Source: Podospora anserina (taxonomy: Eukaryota). Taken from it: 64,000 nucleotides of DNA. This document shows, one piece after another, positions 51,243 to 64,000 of this stretch. The notes under the pieces were generated by a model that was not told the DNA's origin, did not search any database, and was given only the letters and a program-made list of their open reading frames with translations. Where the stretch lies: positions 2,666,001-2,730,000 of the forward strand of contig CM030335.1 of NCBI GenBank assembly GCA_017654855.1. The letters run 5' to 3'. Position 1 is the first letter of the stretch. Every line of letters begins with the position of its first letter. Both the position numbers and the translations under genes were made by a program.

Positions 51243-54209
51243 ATGCCTCCACCATTAGCAAACCACCCCATCCTCAACAGCCTCAATGATGCCCAACGCC
51301 GAGCCGTAAGTTCAGATGCCGCTACTGTCGCCATCCTTGCTGGACCCGGCAGCGGCAAGACGCACACTCTGACCTCTCGAGTGGTATGGCTCATCGATCA
51401 AGTCGGATACCGACCCGAGGATGTCGTCGTCGCGACCTTTACCGTCAAGGCTGCACGGGAAATGAAGGAGCGTATCGGAAAGGCTCTCGGAGATGGTAGG
51501 GAGAAGAAGATTGTTCTGGGCAACTTCCACAGCATAGCTCGACGCTATCTTGCTGCCTACGGCCGGAAAATCGGAATCAATCAGAAATTTGGCATTGCCG
51601 ACGACGGCGACTCGCGCTCCATCATTGCTCGGATATGCAAGCGAAGAGAAGTCAATCTCGATCCTGTGGCCGTTCGCTCCTGGATCAGCAAAAAGAAGGC
51701 CAAGGGAGATGAAGTGGTGACAAAGCCACTTGGTCAGAAGGCCACAAAAACGTCAGGAGAGAAGGACCTCGACGAATGCTATGAGGAGTATCAGGCTCAC
51801 CTGAAGAAGTCGAACCTGCTGGATTTCGACGACTTGCTTGTTCGTTGTGTTGAACTTCTCCGCGAGTTTCCGTCATGCGTCTCCAACATCCAGACCGTCC
51901 TCATCGATGAGTATCAGGACACCAACGGGGTTCAGTACGAGCTCATGAAGTTGTTCGCTCAACGACACAAGAGAATTACCATTGTGGGGGATCCGGATCA
52001 GAGCATTTACGGATGGCGTTCTGCCGAGATTCAGAATCTATGGCGAATTCTGAAGGATTTCCCCGGCACAGACGAGATCTCACTGGAGCAGAACTATCGA
52101 TCGTTTGACGCCATCCTCAGATTGTCCCTGTTGGTGATACAGCAGGACAAGAAGCGATATCAGAAGGCTCTGAAGCCTGTCCATGGCCGAGGTCCTCGTC
52201 CGGTTTTGCGGAGGCTGAAAAGTGCTTCCGCCGAGGCAGATTGGATCGTCTCCGAGATCAGGAGAGTCATCATGATGTCTGGATCTATGCTGACCTTCAA
52301 TGATGTTGCCATCTTGCTCCGCTCAGCTTCACTATCAAGACATGTTGAGACTGCTCTTGGCAAATCGGGAATCGCTTACAGGATGGTGGGCGGCAAGAAG
52401 TTTTACGAGCGTCTAGAGATCAAAGCCATCCTGGATTATTTGCGCGTCATCTACCAGCCGGAAAACAACGATGCCTTGGCCAGAATCATCAACGTACCGA
52501 AACGAGGAGTCGGAGATGTGACCATAAAGAGTTTGCTAGAGGAAGCAGAGAGCTCGTCGTTGAGTGTCTGGGCGGTATTGACTAAGCACTGCCGAGGAGA
52601 TCGTACCGCAAAGACAAAGATTCCGAAACCCATGGAGCAAAGAATAGCAGCCGGTCTCATTCGTCCTCTGGATAATATCCGTCGAAAAATGGAGGAGGCT
52701 GCTAAGCCTGGTGGTGCGGTCTTTGGACTAGTGGAAATGATTGAGCAACTTCTGGCAGCCCTCAATTTTCAAAAGTATCTGAAGGATACGCACCCCAACG
52801 AGCACGAGGGGAGATGGGCCAATGTAGAAGAGTTCTTAACTCTTGCGGGCGACTTCGTGCGGGATCTGAAAGAGTCCAGTGATGAGGAGCTCCTTCCAGA
52901 ACTCGAGGGACTCGAGCAGGCAAAAGAGGACGAGGTTCTGCCACGTTTCTTGGCCAATGTTTCTTTGGCATCCGATGTCCAGACTGGGGACGACGGGGAA
53001 AACAAGCCGCTTGTTACCATATCCACCATCCACGCAGCCAAGGGCCTCGAGTGGCCCGTCGTGTTTGTCCCTGCCGTCTATAACGGCTCGATCCCGCATA
53101 TGAGGTCCGACGACAACGATGAGGAGCGAAGACTCTTGTATGTCGCCATGACAAGAGCCCAAAGTCTACTCTATCTGAGTTGCTCCCTGTTTAGCACCAA
53201 CGGCAATGGGGAGCGCAACCAGTTATCGTCTTTTGTGGAGCCTCTGCACAGAGTATTTGCACCCAAGGGGCCGTGTTTTGATCGACCGGTCATGCTAGAG
53301 ATAGCCAAGGTGCTCGGTCGCACATTACCACCAGAGGATGCTGTCTTCAAAGCCTTGCCGTCCATGTTCAACCCGGAAGACAACATATTTCCCGTGGACC
53401 CAGAAGAATCCCAAGAGGTCCCAGCTGCCGGTACTGAGGCTCGTACTTCTGATGATGCGCCACGAGCAAAGCGGCCCAGGCTCTCCAATATGTCTGGCCA
53501 GAAGAACTCAGGCGAAGACGCGCAGTGGCACAGAGACTACACAACCACTATGGAGGGGGCTTCTTCTTTTACAGTCTCATCGTTACCTGGGTTCGTCAGT
53601 GCTGGCATGCACCAGGCCGCTATCACAGCGGCAAACGCCGCGGCCGAGACTAGGCAAAAGGCTGAACAGGAGAAGAGACTTGCCAACCGACGACCTCCAG
53701 ACCAGAAGAGCATTCTAGGTTTCGTCAAGTCTACAACTAAACCGAGTATCGACCCCAGTCCAGCGCCAACGTCTCATAATGGCCTTCCAACTCAAGCCAG
53801 CCTTGCTCCTCCGCAAGTGACGGCCAACCCAGGCCAGCAGGCGATTCCTCCCAGCCTGGCCACACACAAACCTGCCAAAGGGACGCTGCTTTCTCGTCCT
53901 GCCCGGCCTGCTCCAGCCCCTGATGAAAATCCCAAAGGAACGGCCTATCCCTGTTTCTCCAGCTCTCCTGTCAAGCCCGACGCCATCAAACCGGATCCAG
54001 ATGAAGATGATGAGCCCCTACCAGAGCCCACCAGAGTGGCTGCTTGCCTTCACAGCACAACCTTCACGAGACCAACTCTACTGACGGCAGGGAGAGGATC
54101 AGGAGGTCTGACAAGACCGAGTCCGGTGGGTAAAGTGGGAAGAACGCCTATTGCACCGATAGACAGACTGCGCAAACCGTTCAAGCCATTGACGATTAAG
54201 CGGCCTTGA
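51243..54209 (+). CDS. SRS2: UvrD/Srs2-family 3'-5' DNA helicase
   Basis: SF1A motifs AGPGSGKT, TFTVKAAREMKER, LIDEYQD, VGDPDQSIYGWR, LEQNYRS, STIHAAKGLEW, EERRLLYVAMTRA, plus a disordered C-terminal tail. Confidence 0.92.
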   Translation: MPPPLANHPILNSLNDAQRRAVSSDAATVAILAGPGSGKTHTLTSRVVWLIDQVGYRPEDVVVATFTVKAAREMKERIGKALGDGREKKIVLGNFHSIARRYLAAYGRKIGINQKFGIADDGDSRSIIARICKRREVNLDPVAVRSWISKKKAKGDEVVTKPLGQKATKTSGEKDLDECYEEYQAHLKKSNLLDFDDLLVRCVELLREFPSCVSNIQTVLIDEYQDTNGVQYELMKLFAQRHKRITIVGDPDQSIYGWRSAEIQNLWRILKDFPGTDEISLEQNYRSFDAILRLSLLVIQQDKKRYQKALKPVHGRGPRPVLRRLKSASAEADWIVSEIRRVIMMSGSMLTFNDVAILLRSASLSRHVETALGKSGIAYRMVGGKKFYERLEIKAILDYLRVIYQPENNDALARIINVPKRGVGDVTIKSLLEEAESSSLSVWAVLTKHCRGDRTAKTKIPKPMEQRIAAGLIRPLDNIRRKMEEAAKPGGAVFGLVEMIEQLLAALNFQKYLKDTHPNEHEGRWANVEEFLTLAGDFVRDLKESSDEELLPELEGLEQAKEDEVLPRFLANVSLASDVQTGDDGENKPLVTISTIHAAKGLEWPVVFVPAVYNGSIPHMRSDDNDEERRLLYVAMTRAQSLLYLSCSLFSTNGNGERNQLSSFVEPLHRVFAPKGPCFDRPVMLEIAKVLGRTLPPEDAVFKALPSMFNPEDNIFPVDPEESQEVPAAGTEARTSDDAPRAKRPRLSNMSGQKNSGEDAQWHRDYTTTMEGASSFTVSSLPGFVSAGMHQAAITAANAAAETRQKAEQEKRLANRRPPDQKSILGFVKSTTKPSIDPSPAPTSHNGLPTQASLAPPQVTANPGQQAIPPSLATHKPAKGTLLSRPARPAPAPDENPKGTAYPCFSSSPVKPDAIKPDPDEDDEPLPEPTRVAACLHSTTFTRPTLLTAGRGSGGLTRPSPVGKVGRTPIAPIDRLRKPFKPLTIKRP

Positions 54210-56299
54210 CGGCATGTACATAATGATGAATTATGACTTATGATCTGAGCTCACAATTTGGCTTGAAGTTTCTGGACACTGTGCAAGTTGCCATGATTTG
54301 TTCGCTTCCATCAGGCAGGTGAAACATGCATGCTCCCTTTATGCTCTGCCCTAAGAAGAGAATTTTCGCTCTTGAAAATAATTCATCTTTTTTCTGTGAA
54401 CGGGGGCCATTTCGAAAGACAACTCTACCATCAAACCCAACAAGCATGACTCGCCGTTTCGTCTCCCACTCTCAACTCATTTCCTCCGCAACTCGGTTAT
54501 TTCCAACCAGGCTTGTGACCCAAAATGTCTTCCCAGTCACCTCATAGATTTTCCACCGCTATTCACAAGTAGTCCCTCGCCGATACGGGCCTATTCTTCT
54601 TCGAAATGGACCCGGGGCGTGAGGTTGACCCTCGATCCAAAGCTCACTACAATCGCGCTCATGCTGGGAATCCTGTTATGCGGTTTCGAAGTGGTTCATA
54701 CCGTTCGTTTACAGAAGCAAATCGAGGAGGAGGTGATTAGGCAGCTGAAACAAGGAGAAGTGGCAGCAAAAAGCGGATGGAGGTTGAAGCCAACTTGTGG
54801 AGAAAAATAGCAGAGCTACCTGCCACCGCACTCACATACGACGCTGTTTCAAACACTGTGCCGACCAAAACCACCTCTGATACGCAGAAATTCCAAAGAG
54901 GGGATTGCAACCTGGCAAAACTTTTCATGGATGGTCATTCCAGTCTCATGACCTACCGAGCAACTGAACACAGCAAACAGTAAAGCGCACCATGCCTTAC
55001 CAACCAATCCCACGGTTTATCCTTGCCCGCCCCCCCTCATACCGGTTGCTCGCATACAATATCCGCTGTTGCGTCCCATTCCCATCATCACCACCACCAC
55101 CACCACGGTCATACCTTTCAAGTCAGCACTCCAAGCCATCTGGTTCCCGTTGGCAGAAACCGCAGCATCCCCTATCTCGAAAGCAAAAAGAAGCATATGA
55201 TTCCTACTCTCTCAAATCAGGGCAGATGAGAGTCTCTACTAAATCAAAACGCCAGAGCCAAAGCCAGAGAAGAGGACTGAAGATGCAGAGGAGTCCCAAG
55301 AACTCAAGGATGCTATCAAATTGGGCTCTACCGCAGGAATGATCCGAAAACGCAAGAGCCAAAGAAGAGACCCTGGGAGGGATTCAAGGAGCTCTGCTTA
55401 TGGGTCGTTTTGGGAGTTGGAGTTTTGCTCCCAGGAATCTTTTTGGTCGTTCTGGACCTAGTGCTTTGGTAGGTTATTAACTTTAGGTTCGAGATGCTTT
55501 GGAACTTTGTTTATGAAGTGGTGGCTGGAGTCTTGAGCTTTCTGTATTGGATGTTGTTTGGGTAAGAGGGGACTCTGCTGGCAGGTCTGAATTGGCATTA
55601 CAGTAGATATTCTGAGATCTGTAAAAGCACGTCGCCAGCATCCATCTATCACTCATTATCTGTAAAACTTCTTTTTATGTGATCGCTAATAGTTGACACT
55701 GTGTGAAGGAGCATCTGGATACGGCATCCTGCAGACCAGCCAACCGCTCGAGGTTTCATCAGCCTATCACAAGCAACTATCCTCGGGCCTGATAGGCAGT
55801 TGAGACATGAGTGTTGCTTGCTCATATTTCCCCCTCAATTCGACTTTTAACATCTACCCAAGATTCTCAGGGCATACACCATCTCAACACCAACCAACTC
55901 ATACATTACCAAAATAGACCAACATTGAGCATGCCTCACCGTCTCCATCCTCGCCACGTTCTACCCTCTACTTCCTCCTACCAGGTATCCTCACCACCAT
56001 CCAACGCTCTATCGCTCTCATTGTCACGGGCATATTCGTCGAAAAGACAGCATGGGTCACAGAGAGGGGCGTATTTGAAGCAGCGTTCTCAAACAAAATC
56101 ACACTTTATCTACCAAACTCTGCGGCAACAAGAGCAACGGAAGAACGGCGGCGACTCATCTACCTCCAGCAACAACAAGTCCAACAACAAGTCGAACGAA
56201 AAGGAGAAGAGGAAAAAGGACTGATGATAAGGGCTCTGACCCAGGATTCCCCATCATCATCCCGGATATTTTCCCTTTTGACTTTCTCTAAGGACAATC

Positions 56300-56789
56300 A
56301 TGCTACCCCGGCTCACCCACCGCTTCGAAATCCCCATCTTGTCCACCTCTTCCCTTCGGCCAGCATTCCCATTACCAAGAGCCTTCAAGACCAAGCAATG
56401 CTGGGCAATAAAATCACCGCCGAAATGCAGAGGACCGGAACCACGGAAATTCGCCCAATTATAATGATGACCACCTCCGGCCCTACAAACGACGGCGTCC
56501 CAGCATTTTCGACTTGGTCGTCATCTTAGCCTTCTTGCTCGTCCTCGCGTTATACCGTCAGTTCATCCGCTCTTACGACCCAACTTACGCCCGCGCTTGT
56601 CAAATACCCCGGAGACAGAGGCGGGAGAGGCGGATGAAGAGGCAGATGAAGGAGAGGCAGTTGCTGGTTGAGACTGAAGGGGATCGTGAGTTGGAACGGC
56701 GGCGGGAGCTGGAGGGGCGGCCGCTGGGTGGGACTGGTGTGAAGGTAGAAGAGAAGTGGGATAATGTAAAACCTGCTGTAGCTGCGTAA
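56300..56789 (+). other. Possible small single-TM orphan gene or pseudogene, interrupted reading frame
   Basis: MLPRLTHRF.. starts at 56300; in another frame, TM LVVILAFLLVLALY is followed by a charged tail ending at 56789. Confidence 0.3.
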
Positions 56790-56900
56790 TCTAAAACGAT
56801 CTGCCAGACGAACTAGAACATGAACAAAGATTTCTATGACAATTTAACACTTGATATTCACCGCTAATGAAATGATTGGGGACATAAGGTACTTTAAACA

Positions 56901-57195
56901 GTGCAGACACCAGCCCACATCCGCAGCTTTATCGATTGCGTTTACTCACCCGCCCTGATGTCTCAGACTCATCTACCACTTTACCTCCAACTTCTTCCAC
57001 TTCTTCCTCACCACCTACCTACCTACTTACCTACCCAGCACATCTATTTCCACCACCTTGATAAATCACAGCATAATGCCTCCCCGTCTTCCCACCCCCC
57101 ATCCCCCGCTGCAACCATCTCTTCACCAGGTATTCACAACGTCTTCTCCCACGCCCAACCACCCTCCAACCATCACCACCACCATCCCTTACCAG

Positions 57196-57231
<36 letters not shown>

Positions 57232-57713
57232 TCCAGCCATCCTTTGCCGAAGCTTCACCGCCCAAACCCAAACCAAAACCCCTCTCCCATCCTCCCCTAA
57301 AGACACCCCCTTCCTCACCAAAGCCCTCCATAACTACAACACCAACAACGACGTCTCCCTCCCAATCGGTCCCAACCCCCTCGGCCTTTTCCTCTACGCT
57401 AATAGAATATACCCAACAACAACAATCCAGCGACCTTTTATACACCCGCGCCTGCAAACAGCTCAAACTGCAAAAAGGGATCAAAAACCTCAAGGAGCAA
57501 ACAGACCGGATCAACGGGATGGGGGACGGGCGGTGGAAAGACCTGAAGGAGTTCAAGCTGGCAGAAACGAAGGGGGAATGCCTGAGGGAGGTTGCACGCG
57601 AGTGGGATTGGGGATTGGGTGAAGCGTGGAGGAGAGGGGTGGTTGTGGTTGAGGTTGTTGATGGGAAGTTGGTTGTTAGGGCGACTGAAGAGGTCCGTCT
57701 TCTTGTGGTATGA
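56901..57713 (+). CDS. Hypothetical low-complexity protein (start uncertain)
   Basis: 270-codon ORF with the same C-rich to G-rich gradient as the real genes here; the C-terminal third looks globular. Confidence 0.4.
57198..57230. repeat. (AAC)11 microsatellite
   Basis: Perfect trinucleotide run. Confidence 0.95.
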
Positions 57714-58382
57714 TCTGATTCTCTTGTGTAGGTGATACAAGAGTGGACGCGCGGCTTAGCATGGCGGTAAATAAGAACAAGGCTTCGGGAGAAGGTGTAA
57801 AGATTTTGATGCGCTGCAAAGATGCCAGGTTCACACTATAATTCTTTGCTCTGAATCTTCGCACGACAGCCTTTTTCTGAAGCGTGCTGGGAATGTCATC
57901 AGTAACTATCAGCATATCCCATCAGGCGGATGGCTGTCCTCACATGGTAAATCACTGATGAAAGAAGTAGAAACGTCGGTCAGGCGGTGACGTTCTGGTA
58001 GGACAGCCAGGGCAAGAGAGTGTAGTGAGGGCAGAAACCTTCCATGCATGCCTATACATCCCATACAGGCGCAAGAAAAAAAGTCTCGTATTAATAAAAA
58101 GTAATTAGAATAATAAAAATTCTCAAATCATGAAAACTTGTAAATGGATCTCTCTCTCTCTCTCTCTCTCTTTCTCTCAAAAGTCACCAAGAAAAAAAGT
58201 CCCTACCCGCCGCTTTCCCCCCAAGCCACCGTATGCCATGCCAAAGAAGAAGAGAACAAAAGCCAAACACAATTTCCCCCTCCTTCCTCTTTGTTTCGTT
58301 CCTCCTACACCATTCAAACCACCCGCGTCCATGTATACCCCCAAAACTACTCTATCCTAACCCCGTTTTATGTTTCCCCCAT

Positions 58383-61031
58383 CTACAACCTCAGCTCCCT
58401 CACAATATGCTCCGCCATCGCCTTATACTGCCAAGTATCACCGCCCACCCTCTTGAACTGCACACCATGCAAGCTCACGATAGGGACCTTGACAATCAAA
58501 ATCTCAAACTTGATCTCCCCATCGTCCATGCCCCTGCTTCCACCACCTCTCCTCTCATCACTGCTCTGATGGCTGTACCTTGACCGGTCATACTGAGGCT
58601 GACGCTCGGCAATGCTAGGACTATGCGCGCATCTAAACCCACCCTTGATCTCCTTGTAATCCACCCCAAGCGCCCTCAGGACCCTCTTGATATCCGCCCT
58701 AATCTCCACCAGTGGCTTTGTCGAGGTAGTCGACACGCTAAAAATGCCCTTGAGGAAGACAGGCTTGGCAAGGTCGGGATCCTCTGGCTCAAGACGCTCG
58801 TGGGAACCGCCGCTTGTCTCGCCGCCGTTGTCATTGTCGAGCTCGCCCAGTTCAGCGTCGGTTTCCTCCCGCACAGGTAGCGCGGTGGCAGGCGCCGCAT
58901 CGCCTCGGGCTGCCTCGGCCTCCCGCTTCGCCCGCCGCGCTTGGATGCTTTCCCTGCGGGCGTGGCCGAGCGATTTGGCGCGCATAGAGACCGACTTTTG
59001 AATAGACTTGCCAGTAGGATCGCCGACGTCCTTCTTTCTGTCGCGGGTGCTGAGTCGTCGGAAGATGCCAGCAGCAGTGCTCTCCTTCTTTTGGGGGATC
59101 ATGTCAGGCGACAAGAGCCCATTCTTGACGGGTTCTCTGGTTTGCTCCTCGCTGTGGGACCTAGCCCTGGTTCGGGTTCCACGTCCGCCGTCGGTGTGAG
59201 CTGGTGCTGGGGGTACGATCTCGGCAAGAGAGTGCTTCTCCTTGGGTCGTACAATTGGAGATGGGGGCACCGGTGGGGGCTGGGCCTGCTGTGGTGATGG
59301 CGGGACTTGAACCTTGGGTGGCGCCGCTGGTGGACCAGCCTGGGCGGCCTGGCCCTCACGCTCGCGTTCTAGCTTCTCCCGCACGAGATAATAGATGGAA
59401 ATTAGAGGGTCAAAAGCGTTCAGCGGGTCATCACCAATCGGAAGACCCTCGGAGCTGGCGGTGGTTAGTGTGTCCCGGCTGGTGACTGAGTTCCTCCTCT
59501 TGTAAAAGTCAAACCCAAAGCCACGTCTCTTCTCGACGTCCTTGGGTGTGGGCTGCGGTTGCTCCCTCTCCCTTTCGAGCCGTCTGACAGCCGCTTGGTA
59601 TTTTGGAGACTTGATTCTCTTGGTCAACTCCTCCCTAATGTATTCTGGAGGGCCAAATTTAAAGCCTGTCATCTTTGCAATAACTTCGTTGTCGAGCGGG
59701 AGCGACAGGGGTTCACGCTGCGGGAGATAATTCTCGGGTGGCCCGTTGTAACCCTTGAGCATCCAGGGGTGGTTCATGACCTCATGCATGGTAGCACGTT
59801 GTCTTGGATCCGTCACCAGCATCCGCGAGATCAGATGCTTGCATTCTAGAAACAATATCAGCATGAGAAGTGAAACATGGTAGACACAAAGGTCAACTCA
59901 CCACTAGACAGCCAGCTTGGGTAGTCAACAGCACCCTTCTTGATCTTTTGGTGGAGGGCGGGCATATACTGGTCATCAAAGGGCACCTTTCCGCACACCA
60001 ACACGAAAAGCACGACACCGAAACTCCAGACATCAACCTCTGGGCCAGTGTAGGGTTTCGCCTGGAGCAGCTCGGGGGCGGCAAAGTACAGACTGCCACA
60101 GTAGGTCTTCAATTTCCTGTCCTCGTCCGGCGAGAAAAGGTTGCTGAGGCCGAAGTCAATAATCTTAATGTCGCCCGTCTTGCTGATGAGGATGTTTTCA
60201 ATCTTCAGGTCCCGGTGGACAATGCTGTTTCGGTGGCAGTAGTCGACGGCGCTTGCAATCTGGCGGGCGAATTTCCGAGCCTGCTTTTCTTTGAGCTTTC
60301 CATGAGAGATGATGTAGTCCAGCATTTGACCGCCATTAACGTATTCAAACAGCATGTACCAGTGCCATCTCGTTCGCAGGTTGTCCCGGAGTCCGCAGAT
60401 GTACTGGTGGTTGAGCAGGCTGACGATGGCAGCCTCGCGCGCATTTCGGTCTTCCCTGGCAGCATCCGCCTTCTCTCTCTCCTCCCTGCTCTGGCGACCA
60501 TCGTCGGGCGACACTCTCTCGATAATCTTGCAAGCAACCTATTGACAAGTAAAAGATCCAAGGTTAGATAGACTGACCCACAATGTAGCCGAGGATGGCG
60601 GTGGGGAAACCGTGATAACTGACCAGTTCGCCTGTGACCTCCTTTTTGGCCAGCTTGACTTTGCCCATGCTGCCCTGGCCAATGGTCTTGATAAAGGTGT
60701 AATTGCCCGAAGGGGCGGGAATCATGGTACGGTATTTGTGCTTGGAGGTGTGGTGCCTCCGGGGGTCGGTTGAAGTGCCATCGCCGCGGTGCTCTTCGGC
60801 GTGGTGGCTTGGGGGAGCAGCCGAGGCGTCAGGCTGCTGGGGGTGACGAGGAGACGGGGCATTTGTCGAGCGCTGGCTTCTCGTGCGTGACGGGCGCGAC
60901 GCCTCGGCTCTCGTAGATGATTCGGACCGTGGCAGAGGGTCGGGGCGGGTGCCTGTGGGCGGGCGCCGTGTCCGGACAGACTGCGACCGGATTGGCATTT
61001 CGGTGCCAGCGGCTGGCATTGTGGTTGTCAT
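58383..61031 (-). CDS. KIN1: Kin1/PAR-1/MARK-family Ser/Thr kinase with KA1 domain; 3 exons
   Basis: [40 protein letters not shown] and C-terminal KA1 ([29 protein letters not shown]). Introns 60539-60623 and 59846-59901. Confidence 0.93.
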
Positions 61032-63253
61032 GGTCGGACTCCCGGAGCCCGGGCAATTGAACACGGTGAGTAAGAGTCTTGCAAGAGGAAGGGCGTCGGT
61101 AGAAGGGAGGCGCGCTGGTGGAGGCGGTGATGATGATGCAAAGACAATTTCACAAAGAGAAGCAGTCGAGTCGAGTCGTCCAGGGTGGGTGGTTGGCTTC
61201 CAGGTGCCTTGCTTGGTTGGTTGATTTGGCAACGGTTTCGGTCAGTCGATTAATCGGTCAGGAGGCAGACAGGCAGCGGGGCGGTGGAGGTTCTTGTCTG
61301 CTGTTGCGGTGCAAAATAGATAAACAACACAAAAAAAGACAACAGACAGGATTGATCGTGAGATGCGGTGGGAGGGCGAGGGCGAGGGTGGACAAAGACG
61401 GGAATTGGGGGTCGGGATTTGGTTGGAGAAGCGTGGGCTGCGTGGTGTCCAGCCTGCAGCGTGTCGTTCCAAGGTTGGGCAGTCGACGCAGCTTTTTTAG
61501 TGAGTTGAGGGGAACAAGTCGGTGTTTGGGCTGGAGCCAGGGGCTCGACTGGGCTGGCTGGACTGGCTGGCTGCCCTTCTCTAGCGGGTACCTAGTTGAG
61601 GTGTGAACTGGCATTTCCATGATGGCATTGCATTGCGTCTCCAGCCCGGTTTATGCACAATCCGGGTTACTCTGTTTGCTCCTTTCTTTCTTTTACTCAT
61701 CCCCCGACTACTCTATTACTGTCTAGGTAACTATCCTCGCCTCACCCGTGATATCAGCGTCCGTGACAGTCAAGATGGATGGTAGCTTTTTGCTGTTGGT
61801 CCCCGCTCTGGCCAATGTCAATTCCGGGGGGAGGGGGGCTGGGCGATGTCTGGGCAGACAGCGGCGACCCACTCAGCACTTCCATGTTCATCAACCCACC
61901 CTCACCTCGAAAAGCAACCCTCGCGAGTGGTATTAACAAACGGCTCAGCCTGATGGTACCGGTTGCTCGCTCACCGTCAACCTAATTCACCTCAGCAGTT
62001 TGGTTTGCAGGGCTGACTTTCAGGTTGCCCGACCGGCCCTGATTGGCGAGATCAAAGATGGGATGGTGTGTGTGCTGCACCAACAGCTCGTTTGGGAACT
62101 CTCATAGCAAGCAGCCTTCCGCCGACCGGCTCTTGTCCAGTAGTCTGTCTCCAACGGGTCACCAGCAAAAGCGAGACCCCGTCGGCCTGCTCAAGGAACG
62201 TATGCCAACGGTGGTACCACTCGAGTCGTTGTTCTCGAAGCCTTTGCGGGTCATCGCTGGTCAGGAGCACAAGGCCGGGGGCAGCCTTTCCAACTGGTTA
62301 TGCGTCGTCGGGGCAAAGGACGTATGCACACCAGCTGCGGTGGCGCCAGCAGACCAAAACCAATATGCGGGGGACGCAATTCTTCTCCTGTCCTATCGGG
62401 TCCGTCGTCAGCTTCTTCTGCACGTGTTCGGCGACCCGAATCGGCCGGTTGGGCCTTTTATTGAGCAGCAAGGCCTACAGGTGAAACCTAGAAATCACTC
62501 GGGTCTAATAAGATGCAGGTCCTCCGTCGGGGATTCTTCAATTTTCGTGTGGATAACACAAGGTGACACGGGCCTTGCAAGGAGTCCTCGAAGGCCCTGA
62601 GCACAGCAGGATGCCCGCTTGAGATGATATCATGAGGCCGATCATTTCAAGCGAGCCACCCGTTATCAATCAAAGTCTGTGGGGGTCACGATAATATGTT
62701 CGATGTTTCAGTCTGTCGCGGTGACGTTGTTCAAAAAGTCCTATATTGAACCCTCGATATGAGTTAGAGCGATCTGCCGATCTCACGCTATGCCGATAAT
62801 GGTACAGCAGTGCTCGATGGCTCATGCTGTGGCTGGTGTCAGAGATTCTCAAAGACTTCTCACAAGTACTGTAAGACGGCCAGACCATTATCCCGCACCG
62901 AAAGACTCAAAAGAACTTGGTGATTTGGCTTCCAGAAAACCAAAAAATACAGGAGATTAGTGTTCCACTGGAATCCAAGAGGTCGGATGCGCTAAACCCC
63001 CGCGTTCTGGAGTTGGTAAATGCCCCACAATCTCTATTCGAGAGCTCCCACCGCCTTCCATATTTGGCCCTCTGTCATTTTGAAGTCAGCCTAGAGCAAC
63101 GGCCAGCATGTGCTCATTCGCAGTCGAATTATTGCCAGTCTCCAAGCACCATCGAATCCTTCAGCATTCAACATTCGGCAGCCATTGACCATCACAACAC
63201 ACAGCATTGCGACAGTCAACCCCATTTAACGATAATCGAGGATCACCATCCCC

Positions 63254-64000
63254 ATGTCCTACAAGCGTTCGCGCGCCGCTTACGAAGCCGACCTCACCAC
63301 CCAGCAATCCCCATACGTCTTCTTTGGGACTCCGCTCCCACCACTTGATCCCGATGTGCGAGACGACGGCTCCTACGTGCCAATATGGAAGCAGGAGGTG
63401 AGGGATGAGCGCGGGCGCAAGAGGCTTCATGGCGCCTTCACCGGAGGCTTCAGTGCAGGGTAAGCGTCCAGCCCTTACCCAGTTCCCTTATGCCCAACAG
63501 GCACCGACCATCTTCTCAGATATTTCAATACAGTTGGCTCCAAAGAAGGGTGGATGCCCTCGGCATTTGTATCTTCACGTACGAACCGCCGGAAAGATGA
63601 CCCGAAATCCGCTCAACAACGTCCCGAGGACTTCATGGACGAAGAAGATCTTGCCGATGCCGAAGAGGATCGGAGAATACAAACCAAAGCAGCCTTTGCT
63701 GGCCTGGGCTCCACCAAAAATGACGCGTCAAGAGCCACAGGGCTTATGGGCCTGTTCCGAGCTACCGGGGAGACAATGGGCGAAAAGCTACTGAAGAAAA
63801 TGGGCTGGAAAGAAGGGCAAGGCATAGGTCCCAAGATCAGAAGGAAAGCTCGCCTCGAGCTTCGTAGCGATTCGAGCGGCCCTGGAGAGACATATTTGTT
63901 TGCTCCTGAGAATGTGCCGATGATCTCCTTTGTGCGCAAAACAGACCACAAGGGATTAGGTTATGGAGGCCATGCTAGACTGACACCTATTGGATCTTCC
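63254..64000 (+). CDS. GPATCH1-like G-patch protein; runs off the window end
   Basis: [44 protein letters not shown] and G-patch [18 protein letters not shown]. Intron 63460-63519. Confidence 0.9.

Overview
Eukaryotic DNA from a filamentous ascomycete (Sordariomycete; style resembles Podospora/Sordariales, which is an inference). Evidence: short GT..CTRAC..AG introns, dispersed 5S genes and an AT/TpA-rich relic that looks RIP-mutated. The first ~7 kb is gene-poor and holds a degraded 1.54-kb TIR transposon. The rest is mostly conserved genes: Dbf4, Icp55-like peptidase, two SREBP-family bHLH factors, Atg12, PanB, Ubc8, a Cwc16/Yju2-family protein, GH43, an MFS permease, tRNA-Asp, a GH16 Crh protein, a SIRT5-like sirtuin, Srs2 helicase, Kin1 kinase and a truncated GPATCH1. 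Two accessory-looking patches occur: 37-42 kb (small secreted Cys-rich protein, two divergent convergent 5S genes, DUF3176-like probable pseudogene) and 54.4-57.7 kb (co-oriented orphan ORFs). The most striking observation is an apparent 1-nucleotide exon in the Ubc8 gene, where one Met codon is assembled from three exons (A|T|G). All gene models were spliced by eye and family calls rest on motif recognition; no database searches were run.
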